In this document: positions 17,819-25,497 of the stretch, piece after piece
How the letters are laid out: each line of letters starts with the position of its first letter
Position numbering within the stretch: the first letter of the stretch is position 1
IMG/VR virus record: IMGVR_UViG_3300012987_000002
Location: 1-45,537 of that record
Direction: 5' to 3' (one strand)
From: a virus
Lineage: Duplodnaviria; Caudoviricetes
DNA: 45,537 nucleotides
Notes under the pieces: generated by a model
Databases searched by the model: none
What the model was told of the DNA's origin: nothing
Seen by the model: only the letters and a program-made list of their open reading frames with translations
Position numbers and translations under genes: made by a program

Positions 17819-17910
17819 CACAAGCTCACCTTCGCTCCGCATTTGGAACACTGATAGACGACTCGACCTAACTCCCAGGCCATGACCATGGGCTCTCCGC
17901 AGTGTGTCAC
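17818..17910 (-). CDS. 30-aa zinc-ribbon microprotein MTHCGEPMVMAWELGRVVYQCSKCGAKVSL
   Basis: HC..CxxCG; coupled at both ends; contains a TTA codon. Confidence 0.65.
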   Translation of the reverse strand: MTHCGEPMVMAWELGRVVYQCSKCGAKVSL

Positions 17911-18044
17911 TGATCCTCTACCTCCATCTCGTACTCACTCTCGCAGTCCACGCAGACTCGCAGTACGGTCGTCATGTTGGGGCCTGACGGCCATGAGGCT
18001 CGGCTCTCAAAGCGGCAACCGAACTCCTCACAGATCTCGTACAT
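17907..18044 (-). CDS. 45-aa Cys-rich microprotein (MYEICEEFGC...CVDC...)
   Basis: RBS GAGGAG; coupled at both ends. Confidence 0.65.
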   Translation of the reverse strand: MYEICEEFGCRFESRASWPSGPNMTTVLRVCVDCESEYEMEVEDQ

Positions 18045-18137
18045 CTACGACTCCTCGATGAAGTGATCACAGTAGACGCAGAGCCATCCACGCCTATTGC
18101 CCCACCATACCGGCTTCCAGTGATGATGACAGTTCAT
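18045..18137 (-). CDS. 30-aa microprotein MNCHHHWKPVWWGNRRGWLCVYCDHFIEES
   Basis: CxHxW..CxxC; TGATG coupling. Confidence 0.65.
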   Translation of the reverse strand: MNCHHHWKPVWWGNRRGWLCVYCDHFIEES

Positions 18138-18229
18138 CACGTCTCCGTAAACGTAGCGCAGTTGATGCACTCCAGCCCGTACTTGCCGTTCCGCCATGCC
18201 TGTACGAGGCATGGCTTGTCGCAACACAT
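18137..18229 (-). CDS. 30-aa microprotein MCCDKPCLVQAWRNGKYGLECINCATFTET
   Basis: CC..CxxC; TGATG coupling at both ends. Confidence 0.65.
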   Translation of the reverse strand: MCCDKPCLVQAWRNGKYGLECINCATFTET

Positions 18230-18372
18230 CACTCTTCCTCTTCCGCTTCAACGATGCTGATCGAGATCTGGGAGTGCTTGAGGTTCTTGTACAGGATCAT
18301 GTCGATGTCATCGGCATCCAATCCTTCCGGGAGACCTTCGATCACGGCAGTAATATCGTAGCTTGCGTACAT
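18229..18372 (-). CDS. 47-aa acidic protein (MYASYDITAVIEG...)
   Basis: TGATG coupling with the helicase stop and with the next gene. Confidence 0.7.
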   Translation of the reverse strand: MYASYDITAVIEGLPEGLDADDIDMILYKNLKHSQISISIVEAEEEE

Positions 18373-19202
18373 CACCAGTCCTCATCTTCCTGCTTGGTTG
18401 AGTCGAAGATCATGGCCTGCTCTTCCTTCTCGTCGATGAAGCAAGTAGCCGGGTCAGCCTTCATCGTGAAGTAGTCTCTACCCATTGCATCCTGTGGTCC
18501 GAAGCGGTTCTTCACCCTGGCCACATCCAGAGTTCCAGCGTGCGAGTCACCCCAGAGGGTGAGAATGAGCGTCGGCAGCTGGTTCGCTTTCCCCATGATC
18601 GCCGACCGGGGGGGAGGTGATCCACCCTTTGCACTTTCACTTGTATGGTGCACGACAGTAATAGCCGTCTCTTGTTCACGGGCCATGTCCTTCAGCTCTG
18701 CCATGAGGGCCCAGTAGTTCTGTTCACCGGCACCCTCATAGTCGATGTCCATCATGATGTCGATGACGGTGTGATGAGGATATGTACCCTTGAGGGTACG
18801 GTATGCCTCTGCCTCCGCCCACATGTGCTCAAGTGTGGGAGAAGACTTGAACGACCATCGGATGTGCTGATATTCCTTCAGCGCCTCGTAGGCGCTCCTG
18901 GTCTGCATCATAACCTCAGTCTCCGCCTCAGCGGTCTGAATGTTCTGATGCATGGCAAGCGCACGGCTTGCCATGGTGAAGTCATCGGAGTCGGAGGAGT
19001 GATAGATCGTAGGGACATCTGGCCCCATGCGCCTGACGATGTTCATGGTGAGAATAGTCTTCATGGAGCCGGGAGGACCGGCAATCATGGAGATGGAGCC
19101 ACGCCTGAACGTCATCTTCTTCTCGGCGAAGATCGGCCAGGGGGCAGGCAGCGGTTCGCCTGCGCTGACCCCTCGCTTCACTGTCCGATGGAGTGTTTTC
19201 AC
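18372..19202 (-). CDS. DnaB-like replicative helicase (ATPase domain only)
   Basis: Walker A AGPPGSMKT, Walker B TVID, VVHH, KNRFG arginine finger. Confidence 0.88.
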   Translation of the reverse strand: MKTLHRTVKRGVSAGEPLPAPWPIFAEKKMTFRRGSISMIAGPPGSMKTILTMNIVRRMGPDVPTIYHSSDSDDFTMASRALAMHQNIQTAEAETEVMMQTRSAYEALKEYQHIRWSFKSSPTLEHMWAEAEAYRTLKGTYPHHTVIDIMMDIDYEGAGEQNYWALMAELKDMAREQETAITVVHHTSESAKGGSPPPRSAIMGKANQLPTLILTLWGDSHAGTLDVARVKNRFGPQDAMGRDYFTMKADPATCFIDEKEEQAMIFDSTKQEDEDW

Positions 19203-19360
19203 TGATCGAAAACTCCCTGGTTGATGAGCCAGTTGACCAGCTTCTCGGATGCCTCATTGCTGGGGACCATGCGCAGAAGCTGGCTGATGACATCCTGCCA
19301 CTCATCAGGACTGGCGGTGACCACGATCTTGTCCTTGGTGAAATTCCTCTGGACTTCCAT
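19199..19360 (-). CDS. 53-aa protein (MEVQRNFTKDK...)
   Basis: TGATG and GTGA coupling. Confidence 0.65.
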   Translation of the reverse strand: MEVQRNFTKDKIVVTASPDEWQDVISQLLRMVPSNEASEKLVNWLINQGVFDQ

Positions 19361-19542
19361 CACATCTCCTCGATAGACACGATGTGCCGGTAGATGACGG
19401 AGATTCGCTTGCCGCTTGGATTAAGGTACGTGAAGCGATTCAGCAGACGATCATAGCTCAGGCCGTCAATGCCTTCATCGAGCAGTTCCATAGTGAAGGG
19501 TACCTTATGCTCTTCGCCATTCACCATCGTGATGAGAAGCAT
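19360..19542 (-). CDS. 60-aa hypothetical protein (MLLITMVNG...)
   Basis: RBS GGAGAAG before ATG 19542. Confidence 0.65.
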   Translation of the reverse strand: MLLITMVNGEEHKVPFTMELLDEGIDGLSYDRLLNRFTYLNPSGKRISVIYRHIVSIEEM

Positions 19543-19581
19543 CTCTTCTCCAGATTTCCTGTGGATTTGTACAGGTTTGCG

Positions 19582-19676
19582 TGGGGTGGGCAGGAATCGA
19601 ACCTGCGGGCTCCTCAATTACCGGCTCTTGCCCAAGGGCATCACTTGCAGATGCCTGGCCTACCAGAGTCCACCCC
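19582..19676 (-). ncRNA. tRNA-like RNA with non-canonical core
   Basis: Acceptor GGGGTGG/CCACCCC plus A discriminator and a perfect T arm GCAGG-TTCGATT-CCTGC; 63-nt core lacks standard D and anticodon arms. Confidence 0.7.
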
Positions 19677-19708
19677 TACAGCCGGGCCCCGAAGGGCCCG
19701 GCCTTGAT

Positions 19709-19792
19709 CTACTTGCTACCGATGTACCAGAGGGCTGCTGCCAGGACGAGCAGCAGAACCGTGATCAGACAGCTCGGATCATCGTTCTTCAT
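19709..19792 (-). CDS. 27-aa membrane peptide MKNDDPSCLITVLLLVLAAALWYIGSK
   Basis: TGATG coupling; one transmembrane segment. Confidence 0.6.
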   Translation of the reverse strand: MKNDDPSCLITVLLLVLAAALWYIGSK

Positions 19793-20289
19793 CAGCCAGC
19801 CTTGACGATCTTCACGCTGTACTGGAAGGGCTTGACATCCGAACGCAGACGCTTGAGCGCGTAGACGGTACCAGTCACCGCACCATGCCCGGTGTCCAGC
19901 ATCTCAGCCTTCAGCTTGTCCAGGAAGTCCCCGGACTTCAGCTCCCAGATGGTGTCGAACTCCTCGAAGTCCTCCACCTTCTCGCCGTTCTTCAGCTTCT
20001 TGCCGAGAACTCGACCGGCGATGCTGATGTCCTTGTTCCTCGGCTTGAACGCCTTGTGAACCGCATCCTCATCGAAGGATCCCTCAGCCATGGCGACCCA
20101 CTTGTCGCCATCGCTACGCTGAACCATCCACTTGACCTTGCCGTCCTGCGTCTTCTGGTCAGAGACCTCCGGCTCAGCCGTCTGCTGGAACAGCAGGGTT
20201 TCTCCGTCGTTCTCCCACTTCATCCAGTTCTGGCTGCCCTTGTCAGTGGCGATGCCGTTGCTGCCGAACAGGTCGTCGTACGTTGCCAT
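19792..20289 (-). CDS. Putative ssDNA-binding protein
   Basis: RBS TAGGAG before ATG 20289; beta-rich, lies between exonuclease and helicase; function mostly positional. Confidence 0.5.
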   Translation of the reverse strand: MATYDDLFGSNGIATDKGSQNWMKWENDGETLLFQQTAEPEVSDQKTQDGKVKWMVQRSDGDKWVAMAEGSFDEDAVHKAFKPRNKDISIAGRVLGKKLKNGEKVEDFEEFDTIWELKSGDFLDKLKAEMLDTGHGAVTGTVYALKRLRSDVKPFQYSVKIVKAG

Positions 20290-20373
20290 GCTTGTCTCTC
20301 CTAGGATTTCTGCGGTGATTCGTTCTATGTCTGCTGGGGTTAGGCTGGGATCGCGGCGCTTGAATGCCACAGC

Positions 20374-20850
20374 CTACCAGTCCTCAAGGTCCAGGGTGAC
20401 GGTCGCCTTGGGCTTGTCGGTCTCCCAGGGCTCGGGACCGGAAGGCTTCTGAGGCTTCTTCCAGGGCGGCTCGTTGACGTCCTGGATCTCGGTGGCTCCG
20501 AGTGCTTCCCGAATCTCCTGAGCGGCACTCTCCTCCTTGACCTCAGACTCTTCACGCATCTCATTCAAGACGGCGGTCAGAGGCTGTGGTCCAAGGTTCT
20601 TGAGTTCTGCTGGCAGGGGCTTGGCGAACACCTCTGCCAGGCCCTCCGTCAGCCTGTCGGGCTTCGCCTTGCGGCCCTGGACGATTGTCTTGGCAGCCTC
20701 CGCTTCGGCCTTCTGGAAGCTGCTCAGGACGTTGGCGTACAGAGTCGCCAGCATCTCGGGGTTGAGGTTTGCAGCCTCTTCCTCGGTACCCCGCCAGTTG
20801 ACGTAGGCATACGGGATGACGCTCGGGAACCTGAATTCGATCTCAGCCAT
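20374..20850 (-). CDS. Hypothetical replication/recombination-associated protein
   Basis: Start MAEIEF by TGATG coupling; acidic C-terminus with PW motifs. Confidence 0.6.
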   Translation of the reverse strand: MAEIEFRFPSVIPYAYVNWRGTEEEAANLNPEMLATLYANVLSSFQKAEAEAAKTIVQGRKAKPDRLTEGLAEVFAKPLPAELKNLGPQPLTAVLNEMREESEVKEESAAQEIREALGATEIQDVNEPPWKKPQKPSGPEPWETDKPKATVTLDLEDW

Positions 20851-20960
20851 CAGACCTGGGCTCCGCATTCTGTGCAGGGGTTGTCTACTACGTCGTTCTT
20901 CAAGTAGTGATCGGACGAGCATTCCTCTTCACCCTGAACACCACTTGGATTGTCGGCCAT
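20850..20960 (-). CDS. 36-aa microprotein (C..H..CTECG)
   Basis: TGATG coupling at both ends. Confidence 0.6.
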   Translation of the reverse strand: MADNPSGVQGEEECSSDHYLKNDVVDNPCTECGAQV

Positions 20961-21097
20961 CAGTCCTCTTCCTCTTCATCGTGATCACCGGACTCCCAGA
21001 GCGGGCACTCTGGATCAAACGCATTCACATCGGGGTCGCAGATGCAGCCACCCCAGTCGTTGAAGTAGTAGCGATCGTCCATGCCTTCCTGGTTCAT
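20960..21097 (-). CDS. 45-aa acidic microprotein (CIC..CP..H)
   Basis: ATGA and TGATG coupling. Confidence 0.55.
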   Translation of the reverse strand: MNQEGMDDRYYFNDWGGCICDPDVNAFDPECPLWESGDHDEEEED

Positions 21098-21261
21098 TCC
21101 TTCACCCATGTCGAGCTCTCTTCGCCGTCCTTGCAGATGCAGATGGTATTGCCGTCAACAAGAAGCTCGACACCATCCGATTCCATCTCGTCGAACAGCT
21201 TGCCCAGGCGCTTGGCCCACAGCTCGGCCGATGCGTTCTCGTCGATCCGCATGCTTGTCAT
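21094..21261 (-). CDS. 55-aa protein, paralogue of the upstream gene
   Basis: SAELWAKRLGKLFDEMESDGV; TAATG coupling. Confidence 0.65.
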   Translation of the reverse strand: MTSMRIDENASAELWAKRLGKLFDEMESDGVELLVDGNTICICKDGEESSTWVKE

Positions 21262-21530
21262 TACCGGTCCAGCCTAACGATCTCGTGGTCGTCGTCCTTG
21301 TAGACGTGGATGATGTCGTCGCAACCGGCAAACTGCACACCATCCTTTTCCATTGCGTCGATCAGGTGATCCAGTCGCTCCGCCCACAGGGCGGCCGACG
21401 TATCTTCACGCCCATCGATGCGCTCGAAGATGGGGATGTCGTACCCCTCATGCAAGTCGCACCACTCCCACCGCAGCACCTTCAATTCAGAAGGGGGGCT
21501 GGTCGAATCGGCTTCGGTCATAGTACACAC
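21261..21530 (-). CDS. Hypothetical protein (start uncertain)
   Basis: SAALWAERLDHLIDAMEKDGV. Confidence 0.6.
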   Translation of the reverse strand: MCTMTEADSTSPPSELKVLRWEWCDLHEGYDIPIFERIDGREDTSAALWAERLDHLIDAMEKDGVQFAGCDDIIHVYKDDDHEIVRLDR

Positions 21531-22323
21531 TCCGGTTGGTCACGCCTGCATACTCGATGCAGTTCGGATGGTTGAAGCACATCTTGCACATGAACTTCTG
21601 CTTGGCCTGGATTTGCATGGACTCCATGCCCTCCCGGACCTTCTGGTACTTGGCGCCAATCTCTGCGGGGTCAACCGCAGAGAGATCGATCGGCCTAGCT
21701 ACTGCTGCACCGGGAGACAGCATGCAGTACCTGCCCTTGAACTTCAGGTCCTTGAATCTGGGGTCCAGCTTAAGCCTGGCACCGTAGGTCAAAAGCTGAA
21801 AGTCATCAGGCTTCTTGGCTCCGGACTTCCAGTCGTCAACGACTGGACCCTTGAGTTTCTTGATCGGCCCCCTGTACTCACCAACGATGTCGATGTACGC
21901 CTTGATGGGCACAGAAAGCCCTGGAAGGCTGCCCGTGGCGTCGTACTCCACTTCCCAGACATCCACATCATCCAGGAACTCCAAGGCTCTCTCGAAGCAA
22001 TCCTTGACCCTCTGAAGAGCCTTTCCCTCAGATACCGGGTCGGCCTTGGGGCCGCCCGCCAGCCACTTAGAGAGATCAGGTTCGATCTGCATCTGGGCGG
22101 AGACGAGTGGATAGAAGTAGTCCTCAGCCTTGATGCCATCGCGGCCAGCGAAGTGCTTCTTCGGGTTGATCCAGTCCTCAACCATCTTGTGCACCGCAGT
22201 GCCGATGGGCAGGTACCAGGTCTGTACTTGCTTGGCCTGCCGAATGTACGACAGGTACCAGCTACGAGGGCACTGAGTGTAGGTGTTGTACTGACTGTAC
22301 GAGATGTGCTCTGGAAGATTCAT
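21487..22323 (-). CDS. Cas4/RecB-like PD-(D/E)xK exonuclease
   Basis: ISYSQ..CP, GTAVH, YIDIV..DDWKSG, QL..Y, C-terminal CxxC..C. Confidence 0.88.
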   Translation of the reverse strand: MNLPEHISYSQYNTYTQCPRSWYLSYIRQAKQVQTWYLPIGTAVHKMVEDWINPKKHFAGRDGIKAEDYFYPLVSAQMQIEPDLSKWLAGGPKADPVSEGKALQRVKDCFERALEFLDDVDVWEVEYDATGSLPGLSVPIKAYIDIVGEYRGPIKKLKGPVVDDWKSGAKKPDDFQLLTYGARLKLDPRFKDLKFKGRYCMLSPGAAVARPIDLSAVDPAEIGAKYQKVREGMESMQIQAKQKFMCKMCFNHPNCIEYAGVTNRSVYYDRSRFDQPPF

Positions 22324-22967
22324 ACCTTCAGTCTAGCAGCCCTCCGCTTTTGAGCAGAGATGCGGTCTCGCTCGTTCTTGCAGGTCTTGCATTCGTAGCG
22401 CCCCCCTTCGGGGCGCTTGCCCTTGTAGGCATACCAGTTGTCATGGTTGTTGACGCAGTACTCACCACGCTTCACTCCCTTGACTCGGGGCTTTGACTTC
22501 TTGCCCTCGGCAAGAGCCTTCTCTACCCTGCGCTTCTTTGCAGCATCATTGGCGCAAGTCTTGCAGTACCGGCCCTTCTTGGGGCTATTGGGGTACCTAG
22601 CCCAGTCACTATGACCCCTACCGCAAAGATCTGAATCAGGCCTGCGCCTTGAGGGCGCAGTCTTCACCTCACGAGGAAAGCCAGTAGGCCAAAGACCTGC
22701 CCTCATGGTCACGTGAAGATCTACAAAGTCTGCATCCCTGCGGCACTCGTTGATCACAGGGCACTTACCGCAGACCTTCTGAGCCGCTTCAAGGTTGGTC
22801 TTGTTCAAGTCCCTCAGCTCTGCACTGCTCAGCCCCTCAGCGATTGCACTGCCAGGGCTGCAAACCATGAACATCGTTGGCGGAAGGAAGGCGCAGCCAG
22901 CGTCTTCCGTCCAGTGATAAGCCTTCTCGGTTTCCCATTGGTGTTTGGCCTGCCTGGGAAGCAGCAT
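22320..22967 (-). CDS. WhiB-family regulator with two C-terminal C-x2-(G/N)H...CxxC modules
   Basis: RBS GGAGGAG before ATG 22967; C..AQKVCGKCPVINEC WhiB core; CGRGH..YCKTC and CVNNH..ECKTC. Confidence 0.75.
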   Translation of the reverse strand: MLLPRQAKHQWETEKAYHWTEDAGCAFLPPTMFMVCSPGSAIAEGLSSAELRDLNKTNLEAAQKVCGKCPVINECRRDADFVDLHVTMRAGLWPTGFPREVKTAPSRRRPDSDLCGRGHSDWARYPNSPKKGRYCKTCANDAAKKRRVEKALAEGKKSKPRVKGVKRGEYCVNNHDNWYAYKGKRPEGGRYECKTCKNERDRISAQKRRAARLKV

Positions 22968-22990
22968 CTTTTCTCCTCCGCCTAGACCAA

Positions 22991-23286
22991 GGGCCAGCCC
23001 GTAAGGCTGGCCCGTAGGTTCTATAAGATCTATAAGTATCCTAGCCACCCCTTTAGGGGGTGGCTAGAGAACTATCAGTACTACTGAACTAAAAGAAGTA
23101 TGCCCAGTCTGAACAGCCCTAAACATCACGGGATCATAACGTTACAGGCTGTACAGACTGTAGCTACTGTACGGATGCGCTCCCTTGAGGTCGCGATCCT
23201 TGGTGACCAGTTCCTCAAGGCCTTACAGTTAAGGAAACAACCGAAGGCCCCGAAAAATTTCTCAGGTAGATGTGACCTGCGTCACA
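22991..23286 (-). promoter_or_regulatory. AT-rich control region heading the middle operon (promoter or origin)
   Basis: Non-coding, with hairpins, motifs shared with 32220..32503, and a perfect TGTGA-N6-TCACA at 23271..23286. Confidence 0.6.
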
Positions 23287-23443
23287 CCTCCTCTACGTAC
23301 TGGTCTTCGAAGATCTGGAAGTCCAGAGGCTCGGGCCCATACCTGACTGCCCACACCAGGGCGCCATCAGCGTTGCGTCCGAACCAGATGACCTCACCCT
23401 CGAAGTCCTGCCAGGCCGGTGCGCCTACCACTCGAACCTTCAT
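23282..23443 (-). CDS. 53-aa protein (MKVRVVGAP...)
   Basis: RBS GGAGG; TGATG coupling. Confidence 0.65.
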   Translation of the reverse strand: MKVRVVGAPAWQDFEGEVIWFGRNADGALVWAVRYGPEPLDFQIFEDQYVEEV

Positions 23444-23619
23444 CAGTCTTCCTCCCATGCATCCACGATGCACCGCGATGGCACCGTGCGGATCGACCGG
23501 CTTCCGTCAACCTCCACGCCGACCACGGCCATGAGCTCTCCCGAGACGGAGGGAATCTCCATCAACAGGTAGCCCATGAAGTCTCCATAGGGAGGCGCAT
23601 CCTCAATCCGGACGTTCAC
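23443..23619 (-). CDS. 58-aa protein (MNVRIEDAP...), similar to the downstream gene
   Basis: GTGA and TGATG coupling. Confidence 0.6.
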   Translation of the reverse strand: MNVRIEDAPPYGDFMGYLLMEIPSVSGELMAVVGVEVDGSRSIRTVPSRCIVDAWEED

Positions 23620-23774
23620 CAGTCCGCTCCCTCTTCCTGGATGGATGCCAGGGCGCTCTCTACGGCCCTCTGTACGGCCAGCACGGCGTCTGCGGTGTCG
23701 TCGTTGGGCGATGTGTCAGCCTCCCACCTAAGAGCGTCCAGGAGGGCACCCAGAGCCTTCTCAACATCACTCAT
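23616..23774 (-). CDS. 52-aa helical protein (MSDVEKALG...)
   Basis: ATGA and GTGA coupling. Confidence 0.6.
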   Translation of the reverse strand: MSDVEKALGALLDALRWEADTSPNDDTADAVLAVQRAVESALASIQEEGADW

Positions 23775-23872
23775 GACTGACCTTTCGCCTTACTGTAGAA
23801 GTACAGGATCACCAGCAGGATGCCGATGATAAGAACAACGTCGCTCGTCCCACGCTTCTTGTTGTCACTCAT
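23771..23872 (-). CDS. 33-aa membrane peptide (MSDNKKRG...VVLIIGILLVILYFY...)
   Basis: Coupled at both ends; one transmembrane segment. Confidence 0.6.
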   Translation of the reverse strand: MSDNKKRGTSDVVLIIGILLVILYFYSKAKGQS

Positions 23873-24000
23873 TCTCTTTCTTCCTCCGCCAAGGCTGCAA
23901 GCTGGAGCTGCGCCTTCTGGTGCAGCCTCAGTTCACCTACCCAGTTGACGTCGTTGTACTCGTCGAAGGCCTCTTCTTCCATGAGATCTCTGTAGTTCAT
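23869..24000 (-). CDS. 43-aa acidic protein (MNYRDLMEEE...)
   Basis: RBS GGAG before ATG 24000. Confidence 0.6.
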   Translation of the reverse strand: MNYRDLMEEEAFDEYNDVNWVGELRLHQKAQLQLAALAEEERE

Positions 24001-24017
24001 GTTTGCTCCGTTGCATG

Positions 24018-24033
24018 TGTTATTCTGTCGGTA
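24018..24033 (+). promoter_or_regulatory. Extended -10 promoter for a leaderless mRNA
   Basis: TGt-TATTCT, 6 nt, then ATG 24033; no Shine-Dalgarno. Confidence 0.6.
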
Positions 24034-24803
24034 TGACAAAGCTTCAGTACACGGTGATCGTGCCTGACATCCAGTGGCCATACCATGACGGTCTGGCCCT
24101 CAAGAAGATACTCAAGGTGATTGAGGACATTCAGCCCTCACAGGTGGTGCAGATCGGCGACGGTATCGACTTCCCCCAAGTGAGTCAGTGGTCTGTAGGT
24201 ACCGCAGGAATGTACGCAGACACCCTTCAGGACCACATCAGCGGGTACTCTGTGGGTTTCCTTGAGGAGGTCCGCAAGAGGGCCCCCAAGGCCCGTCTGC
24301 GGTGGCTGGAGGGCAATCATGATCTGCGCATCACTTCATTCGTGAAGAAGTATGCCCCCGCACTGGCATCCCTGGACAGCCTGTCCATCCCATCTCTCTT
24401 CTCTCTCGATGAACTGGGATGGAGCTACGAGAAGGGCCCGATCAACATCGGGACCAACGTCTACGCTATCCACGGACACGAGTGCGGGGGGTACTCGCCT
24501 AGCCCTAACGCCTGGGACAAGAAGTTCACCGAGCGCTACGGGTCGCACCGTTCCTATGTGTTCGGTCACACGCACCAGCCTGCCCTTGTCACTCGGGCCT
24601 ACGGCTTCGAGGGCAAGGTTGACGGTCGGTTTACCATGAACGTCGGATCGATTATGGATCCGGTCAAGGCTACGTACGTCAAGGACGGGAGCGTGTCATG
24701 GAATATGTCGTTCGGAGTTCTTGCCGATGACGGGAAGAGAGTTTACCCCGAGCTTGTTGTAATGACTGACCGTGGGTTTCTGTTCAACGGTCAGAAGTAC
24801 TAG
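24033..24803 (+). CDS. Calcineurin-like metallophosphoesterase
   Basis: PDIQ, IGDGID, EGNHD, IHGH, FGHTH motifs. Confidence 0.88.
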   Translation: MTKLQYTVIVPDIQWPYHDGLALKKILKVIEDIQPSQVVQIGDGIDFPQVSQWSVGTAGMYADTLQDHISGYSVGFLEEVRKRAPKARLRWLEGNHDLRITSFVKKYAPALASLDSLSIPSLFSLDELGWSYEKGPINIGTNVYAIHGHECGGYSPSPNAWDKKFTERYGSHRSYVFGHTHQPALVTRAYGFEGKVDGRFTMNVGSIMDPVKATYVKDGSVSWNMSFGVLADDGKRVYPELVVMTDRGFLFNGQKY

Positions 24804-24811
24804 GAGATTCG

Positions 24812-25492
24812 ATGACCACCTTTCATGAACTGATGACGCCGCTCGTCGAGCGAGCGGCTATGACTACGGTGAACAAGTGGCCTTCCTACGTCTCCGTTGA
24901 GGATGTGCAGCAGGAACTGTGGCTGTGGGCCTACGAGAACCAGGGTTCAGTAGAGAAGGCCCAGAAGCTCAACGGGTGGGAGGCCAAGGTCTACTCAACG
25001 ATGCTGAAAGTAGCTTCTGCTACCGCATCGAAGGAGGACCAGAACGCAAATGGTTACACAAAGGATGATACGTATGTCTATTCAGTAGCGGTTATCGAAA
25101 CCCTTCTGGAGTCGGCGTTCACTTACGAGGACTGGCAGTCGTTCGGGAATCATGGCGACGGACAGCCGTCGGCCAAGGGTCAGGTGAATGAGACTGGTGA
25201 CATCTACGCCATGCTGTCCGATGTGAAGGCAGGATTGGCGGAGATCAAAGAGGAGTACCGGGAGGTTCTGTTCCTGCGGTACGGGCTTCACCTCAATCAT
25301 GATCAGGTAGGTGAAAGGCTCGGCAAGACCAAGAGTGCGGTTCATAACAGGCACAAGAGGGCCGTCAAGGCCCTTCGGGACAAGCTTGGGAGGGTGAACC
25401 CGGCAGACCTCCGGGCAGGCTGGGACAATCGCCGTGAGACGATCGGCATGGAACGTGCCCAGATCACTACTGAGCGACAGTACGAGGGATAA
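24812..25492 (+). CDS. Sigma-70-like factor / region-4 HTH protein
   Basis: EDVQQELW (region 2-like); YREVLFLRY..HDQVGERLGKTKSAVHNRHKRAVKALR (region 4). Confidence 0.78.
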   Translation: MTTFHELMTPLVERAAMTTVNKWPSYVSVEDVQQELWLWAYENQGSVEKAQKLNGWEAKVYSTMLKVASATASKEDQNANGYTKDDTYVYSVAVIETLLESAFTYEDWQSFGNHGDGQPSAKGQVNETGDIYAMLSDVKAGLAEIKEEYREVLFLRYGLHLNHDQVGERLGKTKSAVHNRHKRAVKALRDKLGRVNPADLRAGWDNRRETIGMERAQITTERQYEG

Positions 25493-25497
25493 GACCT

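Noticed and set aside
19625-19665. Twister-sister ribozyme (UGCAAGU loop), or a standard tRNA-Cys/Leu/Sec
   Set aside because: No CA/CUCA cleavage loop is found; anticodon-loop geometry and D arm are non-canonical and there is no UCA anticodon
21487-22323. Cas4 as evidence of a CRISPR system
   Set aside because: Stand-alone Cas4-like exonucleases are common phage recombination genes; there is no array or cas1
24033-25492. Lysogeny or immunity cassette suggested by the inverted orientation
   Set aside because: The genes are a phosphoesterase and a sigma-like factor; no integrase, repressor or parAB is seen
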